DNA of 64,000 nucleotides from the human T2T-CHM13v2.0 reference genome, Homo sapiens, in NCBI GenBank assembly GCA_009914755.4, contig CP086569.2:6592001-6656000 (forward strand). The letters run 5' to 3'. The notes under the pieces are model-generated. The model worked only from the letters and a program-made list of their open reading frames with translations, did no database searches and was not told where the DNA came from. The position numbers and the translations under genes were made by a program. The first letter of the stretch is position 1. Every line of letters begins with the position of its first letter. This document shows, piece after piece, positions 27,723 through 41,300 of this stretch.

Positions 27723-28012
27723 TTTTTTTTTTTGAGACAGACTTTCGCTCTTGTTGCCTAGGCTGGAGTGCAATGATCTTGGCTCACTGCAACCTCTGCC
27801 TCCTGGGTTCAAGTGATTCTCTTGCCTCAGCCTTCTGAGTAGCTAGGATCAGAGGCGTGCGCCACCATATCCTGCTAATTTTTGTATTTTTACTAGAGAT
27901 GGGGTTTCACCATGTTGGCCAGGCTGGTCTTGAACTCCTGAGCTCAAGTTATCCGCCCACCTTGGCCTCCCAAAGTGTTGGGATAACAGCTGTGAACCAT
28001 GATGCCTAGCCT
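27723..28012 (-). mobile_element. Alu SINE
   Basis: Poly-T, then gagacagactttcgctcttgttgcctaggctggagtgcaatgatcttggctcactgcaacctctgcctcctgggttcaag ... ttgggataacagctgtgaaccatgatgcctagcc. Confidence 0.9.
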
Positions 28013-28024
28013 ATGGTGTGACTT

Positions 28025-28077
28025 TTTTTTTCTTTTGAGACAGAGTTTCATTTTTGTTGCCCAGGCTGGAGTTCAGG
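28025..28077 (-). mobile_element. Alu 3'-terminal fragment, truncated
   Basis: tttttttttcttttgagacagagtttcatttttgttgcccaggctggagttcag. Confidence 0.7.
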
Positions 28078-28209
28078 GTTTAGGGGGCAAGCCCATGAGC
28101 CTCACTCCTTCTGCTCTCTCTCCAGCAATTGGAAAGGGAATCTTTTTGCTCAGCATTCCCATGCCTCCCACAAGCCTGGCATGGAACCTGTGCACTTGCC
28201 TTAGTGTCC

Positions 28210-28560
28210 TCGGCTGCTGTAACAGAGCACCACGGGCCTGGTGGCTTAAATTGCAGCTGGTCATTCTCCCATAGTCATAGAGGCTTGAAGTCCCAGGTCA
28301 CGGGGCCGGCAGGGATGGTTCCTCCCGAGGCCTCTCTTCTGGGCTTGTAGACACTGTTTTCTCTCTGGGTCCTAACAAGGTCATTCTTCTGTCTGTGCCC
28401 TCATCTCCTGTTCTTATGAGGGCACCAGTCCCTTTGGATAAGGGACCAACCTAATGACCCTGGTTTACTTTAATCACCTCTTTCAAGGCCCTAACTCCAA
28501 ATAAACAGTCATGTTCTGGGGTCCTCAGGGTTAGGACTTCACCATATGAGTTGGGAGTGG
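28210..28560 (+). mobile_element. MaLR-type LTR fragment (MLT1-like)
   Basis: Reads ggctgctgtaacagagcaccacgggcctggtggcttaaa ... ccatagtcatagaggcttgaagtcccaggtcacggggccggcagggatggttcctcccgaggcctctcttctgggcttgtagacactgttttctctctgggtcc ... tatgagggcaccagtccctttggataagggaccaacctaatgaccctggtttactttaatcacctctttcaaggccctaactccaaataaacagtcatgttctggggtcctcagggttaggacttcaccatatgagttgggag. This is the classic MLT1 motif series, recalled from memory. Confidence 0.5.
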
Positions 28561-30639
28561 GCAGGTAACATGCTGACTGTCCAGAACAAGCAAACCTGTA
28601 GAGGCAGAAAGTGGATTCCTGCTTGCTAGGGCTGGGGACAGAGAGCTTGGGGTGACTGCTAGCCAGCACAGGGTTTCTTTTGGAAGTGATGAAGGTGTTC
28701 TGGAATTAGAGGTTGCACAACTCTGTGAATATTTTAAAAACCACTGGATTGTACATTCAAAAGGTTGAATTTCATGGTGTGTGAATTATATGTTAGTAAA
28801 GCTGTTAGAAACAAAAACTGAGGATAATAGGTAAAAAGAGGAAGGGAGTCGAAAGCAGCATCAGGTGTGAATGGTTCATAATTCAGCTTATAAAAAAGCA
28901 TGAACTTTCAGCACAACTGTGTGCAACTAACTGTGTGTTGAAGACGTGAGTGAATGCTGGCTTTCTGCACCCTTTGGCCTGGTTTTCTCTATTTTCTAAT
29001 TTCATTATCATACCTTCTATTTCTTTCTCCCCCTCCTCACTTTTTCAGAACATTTATTCTCGTTCTTACCTGTGTCTACACAAAATTCCATAAACATAAT
29101 GCTGCAGTTCAAGGAAGTGTTCTGATGTTAGGGTGGTAACTTAGGAAAATATTCATCTTTGGGGAAGTTTTGGTTTCCCTCTGAATGAAAACCATCTGTG
29201 AAAGAGATACTTAAATACAGTTTTCAAATGCTCCTGAGACATGCCCAGATGTTCTTTGGGGAGAAGTGAAGGCAGGACAGTTTCTAAGGCAAACACAGAC
29301 CATATTGCAGACAGAACCCAAGTAAAGAAAGGCATAGTGATGGTAGGTATTTATGCATCAGCATAAATGTGGAGGTGAGGGATGCTAGCTTAGCAGGCCA
29401 GCATGATTGAGTTATGAGAGCTGAAGACCAGGATACTGCCTCTTCTGGGTGTCCTGCTCCAAGCTGCTTCGAAAAAGGAAGCAACTGTGGACTTCTCTGG
29501 GCTGTGGTTAAATTGGGTTCACTTTTGTACCGTGAAGACTCTACAGAGCCAGGGATGCTGGCACCCTGGAGAGACCTTGCTCCAGGAGCTCAGGAGTGGG
29601 TAGAGGCAGTGACAGTAAAGCACTGGCTTGTTGGGCCCAGTGCCTGGGCAGTGCTGAGCTCTGAGGGAGGAACCCAGAACCATGTCGGAGCAAGGGCAGG
29701 AGGCAGGTGAGGAGAAGGGTTGCCCAGCAGCCTGTGGACTGGGTCAGTGTTCTATGATATTGTCTTTCTGCTTTGCTGTCTGATCCCACTAAAGACTAGC
29801 CAGAGAGATGTGGAAATGAAAAATGGTGGGTGACCATTTCTCTCACTTTCACTGGGTCTACAATGTCTATTTCACATCAACAGCAAGATCTGTACAGGCA
29901 TCCTAATAAGTATAAATAAGGTCCTCAGAAAAACTGGGTTGTGAGGCTCCTGTCATCTTAGTTTCTTTCATCATTTAAGTGACTATTTTTTACTTACTGA
30001 CATACAGTTGTTACTTAGTGGCCACCTACTATTTTTATAGAGTTCTTTATGTGCTTTCTGTTTACCAACATTTGTTTTCGTGCTCATCCTATTTCAGTGT
30101 GGCTTACATATAATAAGATGCACCCATTCTTGACTACTGTGGATTTTAAAAAAAAAAGGGTTATAGAAATGTGATTCACATAACAAACACCTATTTTAGG
30201 TGTATAATTCAACAGTTCTTAATACCCTAATTAAAAAAAATACAGTGTTCAGTATTTCCCTTTTCTCCTTTTTCACTAAAATGGACTCAGGATTGTGGGT
30301 AACTGCCATTAGTCCCATTGGTTTAATTCCTGGCCGTCAGTGTTTGCTGGGGATGTTGGTACCTCCCTTAATACGATATTCTTATAGCATTTAAAAAATT
30401 CTAGTAAAAAACATATCCAAAATGGATCTCCCCTCTTCACCCCTCCCTGTTTCCCCTGCCTCCAGCTCCCAGCAACCACTATTCCAGTCTCTGCTTTTTT
30501 GATTTTCACAACTTTAGGGAGCTTGTATAGGTGGAATCACTTTAAAAGCTGATACATGTGAAAGCGCTTAGAACATGGCTTGGTGAGCATCTGGTCAACA
30601 TTAAGTACACTTATTTATTTATTTACTTTATTTATTTAA

Positions 30640-30918
30640 ATGAAGTCTTGCTCTTTCACCCAGGCTGCAGTGCAGTGGTGTCATGTCAGCTCACTGCAAC
30701 CTCTACCTCCTATGTTCAAGCAATTCTCCTGCCTCAGCCTCCTGAGTAGCTGGTACTACAGGTGCCTGCCACCAGGCCTGGCTAATTTTTGTGTTTTTAG
30801 TAGAGACGGGGTTCCACTATGTTGGCCAGGCTGGTATCAAATGTGTGACCTCAGGTGATGTACCTGTCTTGGCGTCCCAAAGTGCTGGGATTACAGGAGT
30901 GAGCTACTGTGCCTGGCC
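30640..30918 (-). mobile_element. Alu SINE
   Basis: Reads gaagtcttgctctttcacccaggctgcagtgcagtggtgtcatgtcagctcactgcaacctc ... gtgctgggattacaggagtgagctactgtgcctggcc. Confidence 0.9.
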
Positions 30919-31904
30919 TAAGTACTTTTATTATTATTTTTAAGAAGCAAGGGACATGGACTTCTGTCTTTTCACTGTGTAGAAGACTTCTATCTTTTCA
31001 CTGCACTGCAGACGCAGGCTTCCAAAAAACATCCCACTTGAATTCTTACCCAACTTTTCCCCTAAAAAGGAGCTAGGAAACCCTCATTGTCAAGAATGCT
31101 TTGCCTGGTATGCATGTGTGAGTGATGTTATGTTTGTCATTATTTGACAGACAGGGAGGAATCTTCCAGTCCCCTATAAGGCAATGAAGTTATGCACAGA
31201 TGTGGTTCAGTTTATAGAGGGAAGGGATTGGATGTGTAACGTGTGTGTGGCTTGCAGCCAGGCTTTCAAGTGTGCAGAGGAATAAACGTTTTTGCCTCCA
31301 GAATTTTAACTTAACTGGAAAGAAGTCTGAATTCCACCTCTTGGGCACACTAGCCTGAGGTCTCCTCTGCAAACCTCATCATTAAAGTCTTCAGGTGTGT
31401 GTGTAATAGTCTTCAGGTCCATATGTCTCACAGCCCCCTTTATGTGACAGTCAGCACAAACTCATAAAGACGTGATGATGAATTCTATCAGAGAAATCTT
31501 TCTGGTTTTGTGAAAATAATGATGCACTCTTTCATATCCAAATGATGGAAGCTGGCTCACATTTCTTGTCAAAATTAATATTAAAAGACAGTGTCCTTTA
31601 TATTTTACTTGTCTAGGTATAAACATCATTGTTGAGTATGTAGGACTACCTTTCTTCTTGATTCTGAAAAGAATGTATAGAGTGAGTATTTTAAATGGAA
31701 TTAGTGGGCATACAAGGATCAGTGACACTTAAGAAACCAGCCATAGATAGTGTTGGTATGAGGATTGGTAAAACTAGGGGTGGGGAATGAGGATTTTTGG
31801 TCCTATATCATATTCTCAAGGCATTTTCTAATAATTCACCCTTTTCACATAAGAATGGTTTGAAATTGATCAGCCTGAAGCCATTAGTATGAGAGGGGGA
31901 GGGA

Positions 31905-31957
31905 GGGAGGGGAACAGAGAGAGAGAGAGAGAGAGACAGAGCGGGGGAGAGAGAGAG
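31905..31957. repeat. (GA)n/(GAGA)n purine microsatellite adjoining an Alu
   Basis: ggaacagagagagagagagagagagacagagcgggggagagagagaggagag. Confidence 0.85.
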
Positions 31958-32233
31958 GAGAGACTTGCTCTGTCACTCAGCCTGCAGTGTAATGGCACAA
32001 TCTCAGTCCGCTGCAACTTCTGCGTCCCATGTTCAAGCGATCCTGCTGCCTCAGCCTCCCAAGTAGCTGGGATTACAAGTGTGTGCCACCACACCGGGCT
32101 AATTTTTGTATTTTTAGTAGAGATGCGGTTTCGCCATGTTGGCCAGGTTCATCTGGCACTCCTGACCTCAGGTGACCCATCTGCCTTGGCTTCCAAAAGC
32201 ACTGGAATTACAGGTGTGAGCCACTGAGCCCCG
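31958..32233 (-). mobile_element. Alu SINE
   Basis: Reads gacttgctctgtcactcagcctgcagtgtaatggcacaatctcagtccgctgcaac ... cactggaattacaggtgtgagccactgagccccgc. Confidence 0.9.
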
Positions 32234-34582
32234 CAAAAGCCGTATATTCTTAGATGGTGCTCTCTTAGATTGCAGATGACAGTGGTTTTGCAATAGCATT
32301 TTCAAGTTAGGAAGGAGAAAGATAGTTTTGGGTTTCTTGCAGTGTGGGGACCAGTTTTGTCATTGCCGTGGATGGTTGTGGCTCTGGTGGTACAGTGAAC
32401 TTTTTGGGTTAAAATTTATTACTGGTAGTATGAATTTTGGCTGGTTAAATTTTGGAAACTTGCCTGTAATTTTATTTGATAGATGATCAAAATTGATAAG
32501 TGACTTGGTAAGTGATAAAAATTCTGAATGGACTGGCTTCTGGCTTTGATCCTGCTTTGATCCTTTCCAGCTGTGCTTCTCCTACCCTCAGGCAATCCCT
32601 ATCATGCTGTACTTGTCTGGCACCACTCACCCTGTCCTGACACTGGATGATTTATTTCTGAATGAATTGCTCCTGGAAGCTATTCTGACACCGTTACAGC
32701 TGGCAGCAACATAACTGTCTTGGGATGCTCCTGGAGCATATAGATAGATGTAAACATAGCATTTTAGTAGCTCTACTTCCACAGTATTTTCTTTCAGAAT
32801 GGGGTGTTAGAGTTGAAGGAGGCAGGGCCATGATGAAGACTGTGGGCAGTGTGTCTTTCTTTGGACATTTTCATCATGATCTGAGCTTGTGAAAACTCTG
32901 CCATGGCCCTTCCTCCCACTTTGGAAGAACTGGAGCAAGAGTGGATAGCAGCTGGATTCACAGCATGGTGTGAATCACATGACAGCTCAGTCTTCGATCC
33001 CTGGGTGCTGCAGAGAGGGAAGAATCAGCCTCGCAGGGGGAGTGACTGCCAGCCCTTGTGGTCTGTCTCCTGCCACGTGTCACCATACTGAACATTTGTG
33101 TGTGCTCTGTGTGTTTTCAAAACACCTTCATCTTGCCTGCCCTGGACTCTTCCCTGTGAGGGAGGCAGGATGGGCATTACCATCTCTGTGGACCAACAAG
33201 GAGAGTGCAGCTTGCAATGCATGAGGTGGCTTCCCCATTGCTGTGGAGGCATAGAAAATGGGGGCCTTGGACACAAATCCCTGTGTTGGGATTCTGGCCA
33301 CCCATGCCTGCTGGTCACCCTCAGTTCCTCCCTGGATTTGATTCTGTGGCTCTTCTGGATGTGCATGTGAGTGTGTTATGGGTAAGTCTGTTGTTGTTGA
33401 GGGGAAGGAAGGGGAAATTAGCCAGCCAGGAATCTCTGTGCGGTGGCTGTCATGAGCTTAGCTATATCCAAGCCCTGTGTGATTGTTACTTTTCAAGGCA
33501 GCAGGGTGACTTTGAAATCAGAGGGGTATTTTCCTTATTCACAGAGACTCGGCTCTTCCCTCTGCCCCTCCTCATCATCTTCCCCCATTCCGTCCCCTCA
33601 TTCCTCTTGCTGGCTCACATACTGAGTAGGGCATCTCAGCCCTCACACAGGAGGCCATGAGAAAGAGGAGGCAGAGCTGTCAGAGTGTGACCCCTCATTT
33701 TGTGGTTGTGCAAGTGACTGCTCCTGCCCCTGAGTGGCTCTCATTCAATGGGTCAGGGGTGTAAGGGACATTGTCCAAGCTGTGTATGGGACTCTCTGTT
33801 GATGCTTGTTTTTAAATAAACTATTTGATTGAGCTTGTCTAAAATCTTCTTTGTGCCAAGTGTCAGGACAGGTGATAGAAAATTCTGACCAAACCCAAAA
33901 GTTCCAGTATCAAAATTGACAGTGATATATCCTCGCTTCTTAACACAGCCAAGAAACAGGGGTAAAGGATTATCATCCACATATGGAGAGTCCACCAGCC
34001 TTTGTGACAGTAGCTGAACACAGAACATTCTCTGCAGATGTTGCTGAGGCTTAAACTCGTTATGTTTATAAGGATAATCTGCTGTTCTTAAGAAGGTAAA
34101 AACAATTGCAAGTTTACCTGCCCTCTCCTCCTCTGCCCCCACTTAACATTCTGGTAGGGCCTAGCAGGGGGAGTTTTACAAGGAATTGGGGCAAATTACT
34201 CCAACAGATACTTCCACCTAACATCCTAAGAAGCGTGTGTAAATGCTGTTGTGAATTTTTTAACAGTATTCCAAACTCCTATTAATTATTAGGTGTTTGC
34301 TCAAGTCAAGAGCAGCAGAAATACAGGCCTTGCTATCACAGGATCTGTAGAGACCCAGGATGCTGCTAAACATCCTACAGTGTGCATCACAGCCCCCTGC
34401 CAACCAAGACATTGCTGTTTATTCTACACTTCCAAGGCCCTGACTTGAAGACTAAATTTGATTTCAGCCCAGGCTGAAGTTTGAAGCATCATTAGTGGGA
34501 AGTGAGATAGCACAACAGTGGAGGACAAAGCATGTTACTGTCAGTGCCGCAAGGGAAGTTTGAGCCAAATTGTTAAGGGATT

Positions 34583-34698
34583 GAGATGGGATTTCTTTAT
34601 GTTGGTCAGGCTGGTCTTGAACTCTTGACCTCAGGTGATCTGCCTGCCTCAGCCTCCTAAAGTGCTGGGATTGCAGGTGTGAGCCATTGTGCCCGGCC
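34583..34698 (-). mobile_element. Alu left-monomer fragment
   Basis: gagatgggatttctttatgttggtcaggctggtcttgaactcttgacctcaggtgatctgcctgcctcagcctcctaaagtgctgggattgcaggtgtgagccattgtgcccggcc. Confidence 0.8.
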
Positions 34699-36220
34699 TT
34701 CATTAGCTTATTAAGTTTTTCCTGGGATTCCCAGTCAAATCTGTGAAACAATTTTAAAGCTAGATGTTTTGTAATTATTTCTCCAGAAATCTGGAAATTT
34801 GTCCACAGGCCCACTGGGCATTGTTGATACACTGAAGTCAATTGTCTCAAGCATTTTGCGGATGTCTCTGTAGACACGAGTGTGATTAATAGAAACATAT
34901 ATTATTTTAAAGGTGTTGCTGAATTTACAGTCATTCTGTATTTTTGTCATTTGGTATTTTTTCCTGAAAGATTACATAATTTTACATAATAAAAGTGCAG
35001 CTTGCTTTCTTTATCTAGGTGATCTGTGAAACTTTTTGACACTTAAAAATTGGTTTTAATTGTATTTTGCCATGTTACTTGCAGTTTCAAGGGGGTGAAC
35101 ATAGTGGTGAAAGATTGGGTAGTACAGCAGGATCTAGCCGTATGATTACTAGCCAACCATTAAAAATAATACTTTAGAAGTGATACATTTATTGGTATGA
35201 CCAGGTGTTTACAATATATTGCAGTGGTGTTTCTGCAACCCACAAGAGACCAGCAGCCCAGCTGGGACTCTGAGAGCTTCTAAGATATGTCCCTGGAGTA
35301 AACCAGGCTGCAGCGAGGTCTGTACACTTCTGTATTGTTTACTGACTTATAAATTTGGTTTACGTAGCTAGACTTTGGTGTTGTACAATTATCACACACT
35401 GGGGGTTATTTGAAGAAGTATCCCAAGGAACTGTCTTGTGTGTTTACTGAGGATAGCATTGTATGCAGTGTACAACTTCCTCTTTCTGAGAGAAATTTTG
35501 CACGTGTCAGAAGTCTAGGAGCTGTGTTTCGGATACTTGTATCTTCTTTATTGTTTAGATACTGTGAATCCAGAATCTAACTATAGTTCCTTCTTTGAGG
35601 TCTAGGAAATTTGAATCAGTTTTACAGTTACCTTCCAAGTGATTGCAGGTTCTGTCTGATTGCAAACTTTGGGTACCACCTTCCCCTTATCAGCTTTATC
35701 TCCTTTGTCTTAGCATGATCTTCTCTTGGCCACAGTTTCCTCACCGAATTACTTTATTTTTGCTATTTTATATGTGCTTTTGGAAGCCATGCCAACTTTT
35801 TTCTCTTCTTTTCCTTAGCGGGGAGATAAAAGTGTTTCAGTAGAGGAGAGTGCTGTGGCTTCATGGAGGTTGTTGGTTTGCAGTAACTTTTGAATTCCGG
35901 TATTTTAACGACATCTTATGCTAATCTAGCTGCTTCCTGTTGAAGTATATCAGGACAAAGTATATTTCTAAATTTATTATGATGAATACTCTATTAAATT
36001 TACTATGATACATAGTCTTAAAAGCAGCCGAATTTAACATTCAGAACTGAATGATAAAGTTCCTTAATATGAGTTTAGAAAAGATTCATAATGATTAATG
36101 GAGCTCCTGCATTATCGAATTTTACTGGAATAAAAAAAATTATTAGGCTTGTAGTGGAAATTCTTTTATATCTCCGTTACTGCTGAGGAACAGTTTCCTC
36201 TAAACCCCTCATAGCCTTGA

Positions 36221-36572
<352 letters not shown>

Positions 36573-39229
36573 TAATGTTTGTTGAAAAGCAGGAAATGAA
36601 AATGAGGTATTGGAAGTAAAAGTTTTTTTTGTGTCCCATGAAACATGTATAACACATTGCTGCAGAAAGAGTGCTTAGTTATTTCTCAAATTATACAAAG
36701 GAAATATTTGCAACCTCTTCTATCATCAGTGCAGCAGTCCCAGTTGTTCTCTGTTAATCATAGCTGACAAAAATGCCCTCCAGTTTATTGCTTTGATGAG
36801 CCAGATGGTAGGCTCTGTGTTTTACATGTAATATCTCTATTCCTTCCATCGTCTGCCTAACCTAGATATCCTTCATCCCATTTTTATGAGACTCATGGGT
36901 TCTTGTCTGGGATCCCACACCTAGTAACTGACAAGATTGCAAACTAGTTCTGTCACCTGTGGAGTTTCATGACAAAGACAATTCTAGGCGATGTTGGTAT
37001 AGTGTTCTCTGCATGCCAGGGGGATTCTGTGCTCTTTCCATGTGTGAATGATGGCATCTGCTAACTTTGTTGGGAGAGTTCAGTTATCCTCTCTGTACAG
37101 GTGAGAACAGGAGGTACTGAAGACATCTGGCCCAAGAATACTATCGCTGGCATGGGGTGGGTGGTGATTCCCCCGCAGTCCTTCTGGCCCAGAATGCATG
37201 CTGTTTGTTGTCAGGCCAGCTGCATCTCAGATAGAGTGACAGGATCTGTTCATGTCACAACCAGAAAAGGCTCTGAGGCCAAGCTCCCTGTGTTGCTTCT
37301 TACTTTCATTCTGGAATCAGAGGTTCGTACCTGGAAGACTTACCTCTGCGTGGACAACTGGTAAGGTGTCACAGAGGGTGAGGTGGGCCATTGTAGCAGA
37401 GAGTTGTTAAGAGATGGACACATGGGTTTTCTCACAGGGTGCCAGGCTGGGGAATGGGAAACCATTTAAGGGACGTTGCTACTAGCCTAGACCAAAGATG
37501 AGGGGTGGGTCTAGACAGATTACACAGTGTTCATTAAGCAGGTGTAGACAGATTGCAGGGCTATTTGTGAAGCTGATTTGCTGGGGTTCTTTGGGGGTGG
37601 AAAACCTCTTATGTATGTTCATCCCACCTCCTGTTGTTGACAGATGACACCTGCACAATCAGGTCCTCCTAATTCCTCCCACCACCCAAAGTGAAATACA
37701 CAAGTCCCAGAGAACTATGTCATTCTTACCAATGTGGGCAATGTAGGATGTCAGAAACATCATCCACCCCAAGTTATGACAATCTTGAACATCTCCAGAC
37801 ATTGTCAAATGTCTCTTGGAGGGGGCACAATTATCCACAGTTGGGAACACAGGCCTAAATGCTTGGGGCCAGGGCTGACCCACTCGGTGTAGGCTAGAAC
37901 AGAATTCCCGATGACTCATCATTAGGACATTTGACACCCCCCACCTATCACCTTTTTAAAACATTTCCACTCTTGGTAAAGGTTGGGGCTTAGAAGTCAT
38001 TATGAAGACAATCATTTCCAGAGGGGTGAGAATCAGAAAGCTGGCTACTTCGGGTCTCTGCCTTGTAGGAGTTCCAGAGTGTCTTTATGAGTAGAGTGAA
38101 GCTCCAGTATTTATATGAGTGTTGGGGTTGTTTGGTGGTACAGAGTAATGCAGAAGGAGAGAACTGGGGAACTGTTCACCACCACCCAAATAGGCTACAG
38201 AGAAGAAGTCCAGGAGACTTATACTGCAACGGAGACAGGAGCACTGTGGCCGGAAGAGTGACATCCGGGTTTTCTGTGAGTGCTAATTTCTTCTGCTAGA
38301 ATGAGCACAGAAACATGTTCTCTGGAGTGAAAGTGGAACATTGTGTGGTTGATACGTGTGCAGCTGCCCATAGCAGCTCTTCCTGATGGTCTGAATATGG
38401 AGGGTGGCAGTTGGAGCAAGTTTGGTTTTTGAATAGACATGTACATGTGCCTGTGTGTGCATGCACGTACATGTTGTATATGTGTGTGCATTAGCACCCA
38501 GTTCCTGAATTGGCTAATCATTTTTTTTCCTCTTTATAGGCATTGATGTCCTAGGTTGTAAGGTGCTAAGGTAAGTGAATAAATTTGTCTGCTTGTGTTT
38601 AATGGCTTTGCCAAAGGGATTTGCTGGCTGTTTTGTTATATGATATTGAAGCTAATACAATTGACCTTTCCAGGTGAAGAGGGAGTCAGATGTGTTTTGC
38701 AAATGGTGGAAACTGAAGTGTGAATAGCAGGACCATATGGTGTTCAGAAACTTTTATCATAACTACAGTGAATAAATAAAGTGCCTGACAATTACATTTA
38801 GAATCATGCTTCGTCCTCATGCAAAATGTAGACAGCGCTTTGAGACACAAGGGAGAGATTAATTAGGATTCTTTTCTACCTCATGATGCAGTATGTTATC
38901 CGTGAACAAAAAATAGATTTGTATTATGTGAGGATTATCTTTCTAAAGATTGGAGTTGGATCTGTGGGGAGAGATTTGAATTGCTCTTGATTGACAATTT
39001 GATGAATTTGAAAGATCATTTTATCCTACTTAAAATGTATTATCTTTACATGTGATTTTTTTTGTCTCTAAAGATTAGTTTCTCCCTCTAAAGATTAGTT
39101 TTATGACACAAAATTTATTTTATCACTGTAATTTAAATAATAGCAAATGCTTAGAAACATACTATGCAACTGATAGCTTGTTAAAACTTTGTCGGTATTT
39201 TATTTAGAAGTAGTGATTTTGCCAGTTAG

Positions 39230-39557
<328 letters not shown>

Positions 39558-39954
39558 GAAAAGTGCAGTATTTTTTATTAAGCCTCATAAGACATAAGCC
39601 TCACAAGAGGAAGTCAAGTTTGTGCGTCTTTAGTGTCTGCTGTTCTCCTTATTTGAATAGCTCGTATGTTTAACCCTGAATTTGTAAATGCTACAAGCAT
39701 AAAAAGATTCCATGTTCTATAGGAACTACTGGATATGAAATGACTTATCTAAAGAGTAGACTAAGACATTTCTCCGTTAATCTTTACATAGAAAAATGAA
39801 TGATTTTTCCTGAATATTTGTTTCCCTTTACATACAGTGTTACTATGTCTGTTTCTCTTTGTCATAGAAAAAAAGTGATTTTCTTTGGCTTTTGATTTTG
39901 TTGTGTATTTGTTTTAAATACAAACCTATTGTATGCTTGCTGTATTCTAGATGG

Positions 39955-40005
39955 GGGTGGGGAGAGAAAGAAAGATACAGAGAGAGAGAAAGAAATAGAG
40001 AGATG
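39955..40005. repeat. (AG)n / AGAGAAAG purine-rich simple repeat adjoining an Alu
   Basis: gggagagaaagaaagatacagagagagagaaagaaatagagagatg. Confidence 0.8.
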
Positions 40006-40014
40006 CTACACACT

Positions 40015-40293
40015 TTGTTTTTTGAGACAGAGTCTTGCTCTGTCACCAGGCTGGAGTGCAGTGGCACAGTCTCGGCTCACTGAAACGTCCACCTCCCAGG
40101 CTTAGGCGATTCTCCTGCTTCAGCCTCGTGAGCAGTTGGGACTACAGGCATCCGCCACCACACCCACCTAATTTTTGTATTTTTAGTAGAGAGGGAGTTT
40201 CACCATGTTAGCCAGGCTGGTCTCAAATTCTTGACCTCAAGTTATTTGCTTCTGAAAGTGCTGGGATTACAGGCATGAGCCACCATGCCTGGC
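40015..40293 (-). mobile_element. Alu SINE
   Basis: Reads tttgttttttgagacagagtcttgctctgtcaccaggctggagtgcagtggcacagtctcggctcactgaaac ... gtgctgggattacaggcatgagccaccatgcctggcc. Confidence 0.9.
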
Positions 40294-41164
40294 CACTACA
40301 CACTTTTAAACAATGAGGTCTCATGAGAACTCTGTCACAAGATAGCACTACAGGGATGATTTTAAACCATTAGAAACTGCCTCCATGATTCAGTCACCTC
40401 CCACCAAGTCCCACCTCCAACATAGGAAATTGGAGTTTGACATTAGATTTGGGTGGGGACAACAGAGCCAAACCATATGAAAGCTGTATTGAAAAGTGAT
40501 TCCCAGTCATGTGGATAGAACGATAGGCTCATGTGGTTTGAAATGGGTATACAGAAGATTTGCAGTTTGGTTTTATTCTACTTTCTATCTAGGTTCTTGG
40601 CACTAGAATGCCTGGAAAAGGATTTGTTTTATCTGCGGTATTTATGGAATGAATAAAAGCATTCAAGGAGAATGCCCTGGCTGGCCTCCTAGCTTCCTCT
40701 AGAGCATCCAGTATACAGAAGAACTGGTTCTTACCACAGCATGTGGAAAGACACATGGAGTAGTTGGCTTGCCATACAAGGAAGTTGCTGTCAGGGGCCT
40801 TGCTGTTCATTTTAGGTGTTTGGTGCTTGATTCTATTAGCCTATATATTACTCTTTTCCTAAGTACCTCAGTAGCTCCCCAAAGTGGAAATGAGCATTGT
40901 TCATAGTTCGGGGGCATAAGACCCATGTTTATGCACAAAGGGATGTTCCTGCTTATGTGATAACCATTCTACAAGGTCCTTGAGCTCCTGCAAGGAACCA
41001 TAAGGAATAAAATCATAGAATTATTATGAAAATAGTAATGGTGGGATATGGAAATTATACTAAATTTTTTCCTCTGAAACTAAGTGGAATGTCACCTGAG
41101 AGTTGGTGCTGAAGGCAGACCTGATTTTTCTGTTTTTAAAGCATTTTTGTCATAGTCGTTGTAT

Positions 41165-41300
41165 TTGTGCTGTTCTAATATGGCAGCCACTAGCGGCATG
41201 TGACTGTTTAAGCTTAACTAAAATTAAGTAAAATTTAAAATTCAGTTTGTCAGTCACATTAGTCACATTTTGAATGTTCAGTAGCCACTTGTGTCCAGTG
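41165..41300. mobile_element. Short palindromic, MITE-like element, possibly a non-autonomous DNA-transposon relic
   Basis: Imperfect inverted symmetry: gcagccactagcggcatgtgactg ... a/t-rich core taaaattaagtaaaatttaaaattcag ... cagtagccacttgtgtccagtgc. It resembles a recurrent human palindromic repeat whose name I cannot recall with certainty. Confidence 0.3.
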
